Positions 11,120-24,850 of a stretch of 64,000 nt of DNA are shown one piece after another. The stretch is from Callorhinchus milii (Eukaryota), in the NCBI RefSeq assembly GCF_018977255.1, contig NW_024704746.1, forward strand, positions 10,168,001 through 10,232,000. Direction: 5' to 3'. The notes under the pieces were generated by a model. That model did no database searches, was not told the DNA's origin, and saw only the letters and a list, made by a program, of their open reading frames with translations. Numbering within the stretch: position 1 is the first letter of the stretch; each line of letters opens with the position of its first letter. The translations under genes and the position numbers were made by a program.

Positions 11120-14100
11120 TGCCGTAAGCGGTGCTGCTTTTGGGCTCTGATCTGTGATCAGAGTCGCTCCTTGTCAAATCTTGTGTAGTGTGGGTTAAAA
11201 TAGATTCCAGAAGGCAAGCGCCAAATCTCTTGGGATAAATGTGAAGTAGGATCGATTGGGATACTTCTAACTCTATTTTTCAAATAAGGGTACGACAGCG
11301 AATGATTTTGGTGACCAATCATTAATTCCCGTTTGGATTAGTTTGACACTAATTGAATACTTCCCTCGGCTTTCACCCGTTCTACGATGCGCTGCTTTCC
11401 AATAACATGGTCGACAATGTTACGGGTATGGAAATTCTCTTAACGCTATTCAGTGGGTGCTTTCCGCGGCCACCAGCAACCTTGCAGAGGATGTTAACCT
11501 GTGGTTGCGCACGGTGGGGCGTCCAAATAATGAGCAGTGCTCATTGCGCAATCGCTAACTCAACTCTGCAAAACAAAATGTGTTGAGGGCTACATTTTAT
11601 AACTGCTGTTATCACAAAGGGCAAGCTAATATTCAAAGGTAAATCTTATTGTGTTTCCGCTGGTGCGGAGTATCTATAAATACTTCCAGGCTTCCACATT
11701 TGTTATTCTAAAGAGGAATTTTATGTGCGTGCGTGTGTGATTATGTTTGCTCGTGTTTTTTTTTCTCTCTCTTTCCTATTTATTTTTTTTTAGCTGGGAT
11801 TGAAAATATCCCTGGGTTGTTCGTAACTCCTGCCCTGCTTTGGGGATCAAGCGTTTATAAGCTAATTTGAGTATCTGCTATCCCGTTAAGGGGTCATTTA
11901 TTGGCAGTTTGTTTCCGAGTGCCACTAAATGGTTAAATTCCCTGTTTCTACACCAAAGGTAACAGTCACATCCCACCTCTCCCTGTTAGTCATGTGGAGA
12001 AATCCCATTAGCATTCAAATTGTGGTGATGTTACTGAGTTTGAAATCTAGCCCTCAATGTTTTCCATTTGATTAATCCTGTTTTTTAATTAAGCCCCCAG
12101 TTCTGATCCTAATGAAACTCTCCAGCACAGTTATTCCGGAAAGTTGATTCTCTCTGCTTTTTTTATGTTAATTGCTCCTTCATCTCGCCCCCAAATCTTT
12201 GCCCGCAATGTGGTCCATGGTCTTTTGCATAAGCTTGCTATGCAAAGCGGGCGCCTGAGTTTATGCTGTGAGATTGGGGATCAAAACCCCAATTGCTGTG
12301 TGGTTAGTGCTGGCAGCGGGAAGCTGATGTTATGTTTGCTTCTCTAGTCGCTTTCGAATCGGGGCCGTGTAAAACCGAACTGCAGGTGATAGAGTTCTGA
12401 GCCTCCGTGCTTTGGCGCGTGCTTTGAGCACTGAAGTCGGGCCTCCTTTAGTGATATTATAAAACATCCAGTCGCGTGGTGAATTTTCTCAATAATGTTG
12501 AGAAAAAACGGTTTTTTGGAAGCTTTGAACCATACCAACCAAAAAGAACGCTTTAATCTGGATTAAACACCAGTCCAAAGTGACGTGATGAATGACCTCT
12601 CTATCTGCTGGTTCTCTCTTGATGAGACTGACCAGTCTTGACACAATGCACAGTGCCCACATGTCCCCTGGGTTGTCTCCATTCAGTGAGGACATCAGGA
12701 TAAGCTGCTTGGAGAAATTTACAGCAGTGTAATGTAGGTTTTTGCCCTGAGGTTGGAAATAAATCTACCTGGAAGATTTTGGCCAAACTGGTCCAATGTA
12801 GGAATAAGTAGACTCTTAATCTAATGATAGCTAAAGATAACATTTGATGGGGCTTGAAATTTCCACCAATTCCACCATAGACTGTCCTAATATTTTTGAA
12901 CGTGCATAATTGTTGAAAATTATTAAGTTCTGCCTGAATTTGGAAGCTAGGTTTCTGAGTTTCTTTAAAAGAACTGTCTTCCAAACTGCATCTAGGAATT
13001 TTCCACAATTCTGCCTGATCTTAAATCTTAAAACAAAATGGTTGTGCGGGCTAAGGCAAAATGAAATTTCAGGCAAATAACAATAACAATGCTTGCATTT
13101 AATTTAATGCCTTATTTCATTGTCAAAGCATCTCTTCACAGGAATTATAGAAAATTTGTAGGCGAATGCAGCAGCCAATTTGCACACAACACTGTCCCAA
13201 AAATAGCCCATGAATTGAATGACCAATTTTATCTGGGAGATTGTCGGCCAAGCTTCCAGGAGAAACTCCCTTCTATTTCTTAATAGTGCCATGATATTTT
13301 TAATATTTATCTGAACAGACATATGGGTCCTTGGTTTAATGTCTAATCTGAAGATTGACACTTCTGACAATGTAGTTCTCTTCAGCACTGTATTGGAGTA
13401 TCAGCCTAGTGTGAGTTTAAAGTCCTGACATAGAACTTGAACCCATAACCTTGTGCTTCAGAGGCAAGAATGCTGTCAACTGAGCTGCCTTGACACCTAA
13501 TGATGAATGTGTCATTCAGCAGTACAAAGGATCTATCATAAAACCCAGTAGATTGATGGAATAGATTGAAAGGGAGGAATTAAGTTGAAATGCTTCTGTG
13601 AACTATAAAGATTATCATTCAGCCATTAGTCTGTATTAATCTGAGCCATGAATTGCTTCCAGCAATCCTCTAGCACCCAGTCAGGATTTTAATGCTAAAT
13701 GGAATTTTTATCCCTTCTGCTTGCTACCACCTCACCACTATGGGAGATTGGTACAAAATGCCCCAGGATAATTGGATGTGGATTGTCAATGAATCTTAAC
13801 AATAATACTTTTGACCTTGAATTAAAGTCTCATCCAACAACTCTGACAATACAGCACCCCTCAGCAAAGCATTGAGTGTCAGTTTAGACGTTATGGGTTC
13901 CGACGTTTATTTGAGGATTGATGGCCAGGACAGCGGGAAAACCTCCCTACACTTTTCGAACAGCATTGCGGGATTTCTACCTGGAAAGACAGATGGGATC
14001 TTGGTTCAATGTCTCATCTGAAAGCCTGTGCCGCCAATAATACTGCAAAGCCCCAGGAGTGTATTGGAGTGTCAGCCTAGACTGTGAGTTCAAAAGTCCC

Positions 14101-16048
14101 GATGGGGGGAAAAAATTAATAATCCTTGCATTTGATACAGTGTCTTGTCACATCATCAAATTATCTTAAAATGTTGCATAAGATTTACTATAAAAGGTCA
14201 TGATTTACTATAAAAGGTCATGAAAGCAAAATGCTTTCAAATAAAAAAATCTGATGTGTTAGCGCATAGAATTTTATATTTGGGAAGTAACTTGGCTGCC
14301 TTTAAAACTTATGTAGTCTGTGTAGATATTATTCACGACTTTATTAATAAGCTGTGCGTAGCTCTGCTGAATCCTATAGATTCTGTGTTTCTGTGAAATC
14401 AGACGACTGCACAACACACAGAATAATAACATGCCGTCGACTGCTGTTGTTTGGGAGCCAAATAATAGTGTGTAATAAGGACACTGGGTGCATGGATTGC
14501 ATAATCCATTTATCTGGGATGATTTTGGCTTGATATATTATATCACGCGTTGGTCACTGAAGGTTTGCATCGGGTGCTGTCTTTTAAACATAGGAGGATT
14601 TATAAAGAAGTGTAATATAATGTACTGCTGTAGGTGTACAAAATTTCAAGGAGTTAACGAGAATGATATAACATGAACTAATTTAAAGCAGTATGATGTA
14701 TAGGAACCAGGTTTGAATGGAGACTCATAAAATGTAACTGAATTAAGTGAAAAGCCACCCAGTAGAAGGAGTGAAATTCATTTGTTTTTTGATATCAGAA
14801 TGCTTTCTGCTTTCCTTTTGTTCTCTTTTTCACCAAGAGCTAAACATTTATGCCTGTTCTTGATAACCCAATTGGACTTGTGAGAAACTAAGTTCAATTA
14901 TTAGCAAAGTTTTGATTTAGACCCTATCGACATTGCTGTTTTGTGCTCTGTATCAATTTAATGAGTGCTTTGAGATCTCTCTCTGCTGATGCTCTGACAC
15001 CAGTCCACAGGAGGACTATTATGAGGTGCTTTCCCAACCTACTGTGCCTGTCTTTCCTTATCTTATAGGAATATTAATGTCGATTTTTGTAGCAAAAATT
15101 TAAACCATGAGCTGCTTCAGTTACAATCTTTTAACTACTAAATTAAATGAAATAATCCCTGCATTTGATTCCGCACCTTTCAAGTCAGGAGGACTTCGCA
15201 AATCGTTTCACAGGATATATTGTAAAGTGCAATGACTGTGTATTTTGTAGATGAATGCAACCACCAATTTGCATGCAAGGAACAACTTGCATTTAAATCT
15301 GAAGGATGGCACCTCCAATAATACAGTGCTCCTCCTATCACTGCACTGGTGGGTCAGCCTCAACTGTGAGTTCAAATTCTGATATAGGGCTTGAATCTCA
15401 CAACCTTCTGACTCAGAGGTGATAGGCTACCAACTGAGCCAGGCTGACACTTAAATAATGTAGGTGGTACTATGACTCCTATTGCAGTGCATTGGCTAAA
15501 TATCACATTTTTCTTTTTTTGAAACAAAATCCCCATTTAATGTGTCGCGGGCAGATGTTAAGCACGCATTTCAAATGGGTAAGAGTATTCTTTACAAGCA
15601 GATGTTCGGTTCAAATGGGTGCATGAAGTTCTGGGATAATGTCTGAAGACTTTGCTTGCTTTTGGTGATTGTAAAAAGGGGTGCTCCAGTCTTTCACTGT
15701 TTGGTGTATTTTTTTTTGTGTTACGTACGTGAAATTTTTCCAGAGAGTTCTCTTTTCCGTTTAAAACATTCTGCTTGGAATCTTGGGCTTGTATCCCTTA
15801 AAAGAAAATACACACACATATGTGCAGCACGTTGCATACTGTCAAGACTGTCAAGAGATTGTAAGCAGTTGTGCAAGAAAAAGTAAACTGGGTAACTACC
15901 TTGCAACTAAGTGTGGCCTCTTACATCCTGCGCCAAGGTCCCCAGCGTTGACACTGTGTCCTGGAGGTGACGGACAGCTGTTCTTTATTGCTTCTGCTCA
16001 GAATCTGAAATTCTTTGTATTCTGTCTGTGATTGTTTTAAAAAAAAGG

Positions 16049-16070
16049 AATAAAATTTATTCAGAATAAA
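16049..16070 (+). promoter_or_regulatory. Candidate poly(A) signal pair for COLGALT2
   Basis: AATAAA at 16049-16054 and 16065-16070, followed by a GU/U-rich stretch (ttctttgtgttacttt). Other AATAAA hexamers occur earlier (e.g. 12758), so usage is unproven. Confidence 0.3.
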
Positions 16071-19000
16071 AGGCTTCTTTGTGTTACTTTCACCTGAAAG
16101 TGTGGTGTGTTTCCAGCTCTGTTCAATTGCAATAATAGATAATAATGTTGATAATCCTTGCATTTGATGTAGCACCTTATCACGTCATTGAGATGTTTCA
16201 AAGCGCTTCACAGAATGTATTGTAAAGTATATTGACTGTATATTTTATGGGGAAGTGGTGAGTCGAAGGGACTCCGGGATGGAGTTATGTAGGGTGACGG
16301 CAGATAAGCTGAATGTCCACACGCCAATGGTGGGGTGGGCAATGCGGGGGGAGGGAGCAACCAGGTTTGTAGATTTTGAGGACGTCACAGAGGTAAGGTT
16401 CGGCAAGACCATGGAGGGATTTAAAGGTTAGGAAGAGGATTTTAATAATAATAATAATCCTTGCATTTGATATCGCACCTTATCACACCTTTGAGACGTC
16501 GCAAAGCGCTTCAGAGAATATACTGTAAAGTGAATTGCCTGTATATTTTGTGGGCGAAACGCGGCAGCAGTGACCCACAAACAGTCGTGGATTTAATTGT
16601 TTTTATATATTTGAAAGGAATTATTACCGTTCCTCTGATAATCTCAACAGTCTTTCTTTTACCAAAGATCCAATATGGGAATTAATAGACATCGTTATTC
16701 ACTTTCAATTTGAACTTTGAACTTGATCCGCTGGGAGATGGAGAGCCAGCGGAGCTGGGCAAGGATGGAGGTGATGGGTTTGTGGAGCCTATTGCTTACT
16801 TTTTATTGATGGATAAATTACATTGTGGATATATTCCCCTCTCTCCGTCCCCGCCAAATTGAAACATTCAATTATCAATGACTGGTTTAGTGTCACTCCC
16901 TCCTACTTACTTCACTTACATACTGGATGTTTTCCAAGAAGGGAACTGGAGTAAGCACCTGATTTTACACCTTGTAAAATTGCACCCTTGTTTCTCTTTC
17001 ATCCGAATAACCATTGGCGGGGCAGCATTATACCTCCGAGACATGTGTATGAATCTGACCAGAATAATGTAATGACAGCATCTTGCCAGAATTATAATAA
17101 TAATTAATAATCCATAGTTGTGAGGTGAATGAATGATTGTTGGCAGTGGCATAACAAGGCCCCTTGGATTATTATTCTCTGTCTCCTCGTGTTCTCTCTC
17201 TCTCCCCTACGATGTGCATGCATGATGCAGGTATATTGAAATAATAATAAACCTAATGATCCTTGTATTTAATATCGTGGCTTTGAGATGTCTTAGAGCG
17301 TGTCACAGAATATACTTTAAAGTGAAATTACTGTATATTTTGTGGGCGAAACACAACAGCCAATTACTCACAGTGTCTCACAAACAGTTGTGGATGGAGT
17401 GACCAAATTATTATTTATTTTTGGAGTGGGGGGCATTGAGAGAACACTCCTTGCACCATTGTGAAATTACAGTTACGTCGGTAGTTTAATATGAAAATAT
17501 TTATCTGATTCTATTGCTGGCTCTCCTGTGAATAGCTTAAATCTAAGGTGAAGGTACCGTGCTATGACATCCCTTATTTCACACCTGAACTGAGCGTACT
17601 GATACAGGCGCTTAATGCAATAAATGGAAAAATGTTCCATTCCCCAGTGTTGACGTACGTTGACCGCTATTCCATTTGCAACCCTGACAACCCTCACGTG
17701 GATAGCCAAAGCAAATACTTTGAACAAATGTCAATGCATTGTCAAGATCAAGAACATCTCTGCATCTTCACTAAACTTTCAGCAACAGTTGAGTTCCTAG
17801 GCTTATAATTTGGTTCCAGAATGACTGCCGTGGTCCTCAATGAGTTAAAGTTACATAACAGTACCAAAATGTGAATAATACAATTGCTTTCATGGAGCCT
17901 TTTTCTATTACAGTATCTGTGCCTACTAATGAGGGAACCACAAGTGTAGTGTATTTTGAGAGATGTTATCTGTCCACTGGCTATGCCTCGGTTTTTAATT
18001 AAATTCTGAAGAGAAAAAAAAGTATTTTTAACATAAATCTCTTACTATAAATCGTGAGTTGTAGGTGGCTGATAAAAAGAAAGCAGAACAATTTTTTTAT
18101 GCAGAAAAAATTGAAGTGTTATGGAAAAGACGATGGAATCGCCAGCAGAAAAACAGGGCGATGTGTTCCATCAACTGACCGCAGAAACATAGAAGGACAG
18201 GACAGAGGGAGGCCTTTCAGTCCATCATTCAGTGCTGGCTCTCTGAAAAAAAACTAGCCATTTCGTCTTTCTCCTGCCTTTTACTCCCACTCCCATTCCT
18301 CTACTTGTCTCCTCTGCTCAGTTAACATGGGTCTGCTGCACATCCCCCACTCCTTCCATACCGAGCCTTCAATCACTCTGCCCTAACATCTGGATCCCCC
18401 TTCCTCTAGCCTTCTACCCCCTTCTATCTTAAATCCCACCTTGTGGCAATTGACCACAGTTCCTTGGCTTAGGGAGGAGAATATCAGTCTCCTAGTCATT
18501 GTCCAGTACTCCTGCTGGGTTGGCTGTGTCAGATGAGAACAGGATTGAGTTCAGCTGTCATGACCCCTGAAATCTAACATGGTCAATTTCAAGTCTCACA
18601 CATAAACTGGCAAAAGAACTATAAAGAGGGCAATAGATATCATGCGGGAGATTAACCCATTTGTACATACTTTTTGAGGTACAATATTAATAATAATCCT
18701 TGCATTTGATATAACAGCTTATCACATCTTTGAGATGTTTCAAAGCGCTTCACAGAATATACTGTAAAGTGAATTGCCTGTATTTCTTTGGGGGTGAAAC
18801 GCAGCAGCCAATTGTGCACAGAGGTGTCCCCCAAATAGTCATGGATTATGTCACCAAATTGTTTATTTTTTAAAAAAAATTTTTAAGTAATTATTACCCC
18901 TGTAAAAGTGATCTGCCAATCAATTAACAACTGGGTTCCTATTTACTGCAAGGTAAACAGAGGCATGTGGAGTAAGGAAACTTGCCTAACGACCGTCCTG

Positions 19001-19983
19001 CCTGGGAATCGAACCCAGGTCCTCTCGCTTGTGAGGCAAGTGCTCTAACCACTAAGCTACAGAACTCCACGATCTAACTCAAAGTGTGGATATTTTGGAA
19101 ATATCTCCATTGACCGCAAGCCAATTCAAATCAATCACTGGTAGCGAAAGATTCAGGCAAAATCTTCACATAGTCCCGGAGTTTTTTACGTCTGCCCTGT
19201 GTGAATAGAGGATAGTGGATTTTTGTGGCCAGAAATGTTTAACAGCTTAACAGGTGAGGTAGTCCAGATAAGGACATTTTATCTTAACATTTATGATGGT
19301 GTGGATTTGGTGGAAAATTCTTAGATTGCTTCTTCATTTGGAAGCCTATTTTTAACAAGGTCAGAAACAAGTCTTCCAAATTGCAGTTAAATTTAAGATA
19401 ATTCCACAATCCTTGCCGCCTTAAATTTCAAGACAAGATAGTCTTGGAGGCTAATGACTAGATGGAATTTTGTGCCTTAAATGTGCCATTTCTTACGCTT
19501 GCTCTGCTGAGGTTTGAGAAATGGTAAGGCATTCCCTTTTAGTTTAAAAAATTACAGAAAAACCTTAGAGGCAATGTGATTGATTGTGTGGAACAACAGT
19601 ACAGTAGAGAAGAGATTTCAATGGAATGATTATTGTAGAAAAGAGTTCAAAAATACAAACTATTTGATTTTAGCTGGTTAGACTCCAGCAGTACTCCAAT
19701 GCACACTCTGGGGTCTCCAAGCCTAAACTCTTGCCAGCCTAATACTTTCTGGAATTAGGTAGGCAGGATGCATCCCTCCAGGAGAGAGTGTGCGTTCCAT
19801 TCCAATACATAGGAATTTCCATGTGTAGATGGGATGCACCGAACTCTTTTGGTTTGGATACTCTCAAGCATAGTAGTGTGTCATACATCTGGCAGGAAAA
19901 AAAATCACCCTGCTTGTGATTTGCGAGGCTTACCCATCCTCTTATAATAAAATAAAAATAACCCTTGTATTTGAATTGTGTGT

Positions 19984-20398
19984 CAGCAGTGGTAGCACTC
20001 TCGCCTCTGAGTCAGAAGGTTGTGGATTCAAGCCCCAAGTTGGCATTTGGAATCACATAGTCTAAGCTGATGTTCCAATGCTTCCCTGAGAGTGTGTTGT
20101 TTTGTCGGAGGTGCCATCCTTTGGATGAGACATGAAACCGAGACCCCAGCTGTCTGTTCAGGTGGATATTAAAGATCCCATGGCCCTATTTGAAATGAGA
20201 ATAGGTTTCTCCCAGTGTCCTGGCCAACAATCCCCCAAACAAAATTGGTCACTCACTCCATGGCGGTTTGTGGAACATTGCTGCTGCATTTGCCCACAAA
20301 ATATGTAGTCAATCCATTTACAGTATATCCTGTGAAGCGCTCTGAGACATTTCGATGATGTGATAAGATGCTATATCAAATGCAAGGACTATTATTAT
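19984..20398 (+). mobile_element. Long DeuSINE (SacSINE1/AmnSINE1-like Deu domain), full length (also 60700-61093 +, 13085-13490 -, and fragments at 13840-14110, 15290-15450, 22990-23170, 28800-29030)
   Basis: Head ggtagcactctcgcctctgagtcagaaggttgtggattcaagccc. Deu-domain ggtgccatcctttggatgagacatgaaaccgag...ttcaggtggatattaaagatcccatggc...gtcctggccaac. L2-type tail. Confidence 0.8.
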
Positions 20399-21223
20399 CA
20401 TATAGAGCCTTTCACGTCAGGAGGTTGTCTCAAAGCGCTTCACAGGATTTATTGTAAAGTGTATTGACTGTGTATTTTGAAGGTTCCTGTAGCTGTTAGT
20501 GTGGATCCTGATGTTTGGAGTACACCAATGGCCAGCTTCTGGGTGGTTGGGTGAATTATTTAAGCGCTCCGAGATGCTGCCCCATATGAAGGGTGCTATA
20601 CAAATGCAAATTTTTTTTGTTGTAATTTAAGTTGGCTGCATATTTCCGTATGCTGCAATGATTTAAGTTTTAAATGATGGTGTGTGGATATGACCATCTT
20701 TTTAATGGCATTTTTTAAATTAATTTGTTTAAAACGAAATGTAAAATTCAAAACAAATATAGAGTTTTCCAGACTTTTATCCATTCCATTATTTGTATTG
20801 ATTAAAAAGGAGAGAAAAAAGTGGCCCCTTTAAATCTATGCAGCTGTACATAAATGGAATAGCATTTTTATTTTAAAAAAAGTATGAGACAGATAGTGAA
20901 TCACACACATTGCAAATGATGACATATCAGTGTTGGGGAAGTTTGATTTTTTTTTATTTAACGTGTGATGGGTTGTGTGGGTGTCTCTTTAAACAGATGG
21001 TGCGCAGTGCCCAGACTGAGAGTCTATTTGAGGGAGTGTGTGTGTGTGTGTGGTGGAGAGGAGGTAATGGGCTTAGAAGCCTAACTGCGTGGACGGGCAC
21101 AGCGTCTTGTTACAGCACAGAGACTGCAGAGTACAGCCTCACACAGGCGAGACAGGCAGAGAGCAAAGGGAGACAGACCAGTGGTGAATAAAGAGGAAAA
21201 GGGGCAGCTTCTATCTTGTTGTG

Positions 21224-21250
21224 ATGGAGTGCTTCCTTCTTGACTGTCAG
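21224..21250 (+). CDS. RGL1: Putative alternative first coding exon of RGL1 (MECFLLDCQ, phase 0)
   Basis: gtgATGg (strong Kozak)...CAG|gtaaga. The ...DCQ end resembles the MMVDCQ|SSTQE first exon of the paralogue RALGDS, and human RGL1 also has a 9-codon phase-0 first exon. RGL1 hosts APOBEC4 in human. The downstream exon is not seen in the window. Confidence 0.5.
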
Positions 21251-21600
21251 GTAAGAATGGAGCCCTTTCTTTCTCTACGTTATTGTGTGCAGGGAGATGG
21301 GAAGGAAGGAATCAGGTGAGAGGTATCTAAACATCCATTAAAACAAGGGACACTTAACGAATGTCAGATGTGCTGCAGTTGTATGTTTAATAGTAAAGCA
21401 AACTATGGTAGTTCAACAATAAAACACGGGTAGTGATGGTAGGTTGGTAATAAAATATGGTTAGTGATGGTAGTTTAGCAATAAACCATAGGTAGTAATG
21501 ATGGTTTAGTAATAAACTGCAGGTAGTTATGGTCGTTTAATGATAACCATATTAATTATGGTAGTTGAGCAAATTAAGCAAATCATTGTTTAGTAATGAT

Positions 21601-22060
21601 AGTTTGATGATAAACCATGGGTAGTTATGATAGTTTGATGATAAACCATGGGTAGTTATGATAGTTTGATGATAAACCATGGGTAGTTATGATAGTTTGA
21701 TGATAAACCATGGGTAGTTATGATAGTTTGATGATAAACCATGGGTAGTTATGATAGTTTGGTGATAAACCATGGGTAGTTATGATAGTTTGGTGATAAA
21801 CCATGGGTAGTTATGATAGTTTGGTGATAAACCATGGGTAGTTATGATAGTTTGGTGATAAACCATGGGTAGTTATGATAGTTTGGTGATAAACCATGGG
21901 TAGTTATGATAGTTTGGTGATAAACCATGGGTAGTTATGATAGTTTGGTGATAAACCATGGGTAGTTATGATAGTTTGGTGATAAACCATGGGTAGTTAT
22001 GATAGTTTGGTGATAAACCATGGGTAGTTATGATAGTTTGGTGATAAACCATGGGTAGTT
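21601..22060. repeat. 31-bp minisatellite, 15 near-perfect copies (TAAACCATGGGTAGTTATGATAGTTTGRTGA)
   Basis: TAAACCATGG recurs every 31 nt from 21611 to 22045. Degenerate copies extend upstream to about 21405. Confidence 0.97.
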
Positions 22061-24562
22061 CGGAAATAAACGTGATTGGGCTGCTCAAGGGGCTGCTTTG
22101 GGACTTTATCATTTGCAGTGAGAGGGTGCAAGTGAGTAGCTTTACTATCTTATTGCGTTACCATTAAATCATTGGAAATAATCCCCCCCCTGCAGGCTAC
22201 ACTGCAGTGAACCTGGAAACTGTTCTTCCTAACAGTGATTTGGTGTCTCTTTCTTTTCAAAAAAAAACCTGTGCATTTTGTTAATTGCACTCTGAGTTGA
22301 GTATTGAGCCAGTCAGGGGGTCCCTGCACCTGGGACCAGCCTGACGGGTGCTCTTCTGACGGTGACTGAGGTTTTGCGGTTGACTGAGCAGCAACAACAA
22401 CTTCAGTTTAATGTCCCATGTCTGAAGGATGCCCTCTGACAATGCAGCGTGCGGTTTGTGGGGTTCCTTTCTGCACAGGTTTGGTGCGAACCTCAGCATT
22501 GCACAACCTGTATTAATTGCTGCTGATCTGTGTGGTTAAACGCATTCTTTCAGTTCCTAATTAATATAGTGGGAATCCTGTTGTCAATCCAGCCAGTGCC
22601 TGTTAACAAAGTCTTCAATGGGATGTGTGGTGTGTGTGTGTGTGTGTGTGGAAGGGGGGGGGGGGGTGGAGAAAGCACATTGCCTGCAAAGGTAAAATGT
22701 GTATTCTGAACCATAATTCATATGAACACAAATAGCTGTCTGCCTCTTTGTGAATACAAGACTATAACTGCCATACCCGAGTTCTCATAGCATCATCTGA
22801 GCCTTTAATTGAATTGCAGCCTTACATTGGCAATGGAGCAGAGAGAGTTCTTACCCAATATGTTGCTGTGGATTAAAATCTGATAGCATTACAACAATGT
22901 TTGGGGCAAATTTAATCACCAGTAGTGGTGCGGTGATGGTTAGACGGCTAGTGGCATATACACACACACCAGTATTAATGTCCATCTGAGCAGGCAGAAG
23001 AGATTTTAGTTTAATGTCTCATCTGAAGGATGCCCCTCCGACAATGCAATGCACCCCACGATACTGTATTCGAGCATCAGCCTGGACTACGAACTCAAAA
23101 TCCCAACATGTGGCTTGAACCCACAACCTTGTGACTCAAAGGAAAGAATGCTACCAACTGAGCCAGGCTGACACCCTTTCAGTCTATTAGACGGAACACA
23201 GTATGTGTTTTTTTGTGCTCCCTGGGGATCAGAGTGTGAAGGGAAGAAAGGAAAGAGAAATCTATTACAATTGAGCAGAATACAATTCATTTTCAACGTC
23301 CACATCCACTCTACTTTTATTCCCTCATATTTTCTTGACTATCTCTACAGTGCCTGCCTTCTAATGACGATTGAAGACTGACAGTTACTGTTATAAATGA
23401 CAAACGCGAACACCAGGCTGTCATTTTAAGATGATATAAAACTACCTTGAAATTCTATTCAAAAATACAGTATTCTTTGAATTGGTTGATTGAATTACAG
23501 TCTTGTTATTCACTGACTGCCATTTGTTCTCCTACATCTGAGTTGTGGGGATCTTCATTTTATATTATTCAAATAGCCATTGGCAATTTCAAGGGTCATT
23601 ATTATTGTTACTACTACTTTTTAAACCTATGGACCAACAGCTTATCATGGCTTGAAGTTGGTTGGATACCTTTTACAAATGCAGTATTCCCGAGAGACCC
23701 TATTTTTGTTTGAGCAGGAATCGTACATTTTTAGCAGCAGAGCAAAACCTTCAGTGTCTGAATAGTGACTGACGCTAAGAAGAAAATATCTTAGCAAGGG
23801 AGCTCTTTCCTTGGAGTAGAGTGGGTGGTGGTGGAGGAATCTAAAACTCTTTGGATGGATATCAAATGGAAAAACAGATAAAATACTGAAAAGTATTTAT
23901 AGCATAAAAAGGCCATCCAGGTATTCGTTGCCTAAGAGACGAGTTCAATTTATTCCTGCTTGTGAAGCATGTGACTGGGTAATATTGGGCCAGAGGTGAT
24001 CTGTATTCTATTGATATTAATATTTTCACTATGCTCCAGCACTGATGCTAAAAACCAACGGAGATTAAAAAAAATTATGTGGAAAAAAAATTGGTTGCTT
24101 CAAAGCAGCAACTCCAGTAATATCAGGAACTATTGATCGCTAGAAAGTGCAGCCTGGGTTCAAGTGTCTGACTGCAGTCAGAGGCTCCTTGACTTTGTAC
24201 AAGGATAAAATAAGACTGGGTTTTAAGAACTGTTGTTATTTTTGTTGTTTTTCAATAAACACAAATGCCTTAAGAGAGAGAGAGGGAGAGAGCGATAGAG
24301 AAAATATTGTGCCCAATGTGTCACCAGCTTATTTTATTTGTGGAAAAAAATGACTCGTATGTTTGTTTACATCCTTAGTGTTGATGGCTTGAATGCCTTT
24401 TCACGTTCCAACAACAGACCCAGGAAAAGCCGCACTATTTACTCATTTTGATCGGATGGATTTCTACTGTAAATGGAGAGTGAAACATGTTTCCTTCCCT
24501 GTGTCTGAATACTATATGTGGAATGATGCACTGAGTGGGTCAGTATTGTTCTGTACTGCACT

Positions 24563-24850
24563 TGTCCTGCCCTTTCCACCATTGGTGGTCGGGTCTTCAG
24601 CTTTTCTGCCCCCACCCTCTGGAACTCCACCCCAAATTGCTCCACCTTACCCCTTCCTCTCCTCCTTCAAGGCTCATCTTAAGACCTTCCTCTTTGACCG
24701 TGCCCTCAGCTACACTCCCACCCCCACCCATCCTACCCTCTATCCCTCTTGATTTGAACCATCAGCTTGGGTGCAAATCCGTAATTGTCCAGTGCCTGGG
24801 GTATACTTCCGACATGAAAGGTGTTATATAAATTTAATTTGTCGTTGTTG
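24563..24850 (+). mobile_element. Diverged L2 3' fragment
   Basis: ccaccattggtggtcgggtcttcagc...ctctggaactcc...ttcaaggctcatcttaagaccttcctctttgacc...gacatgaaaggtgttatataaat...gttgttg. Confidence 0.8.

Noticed and set aside
17473-17808. Overlapping 84/86-aa ORFs in a CpG-containing unique stretch
   Set aside because: No recognisable domain, no convincing splice sites and a non-ATG start on the + strand. A homology search would be needed to revive it.
21601-22060. Regular array resembling a CRISPR locus
   Set aside because: Units are contiguous with no unique spacers, there are no cas genes, and the context is vertebrate. It is a minisatellite.
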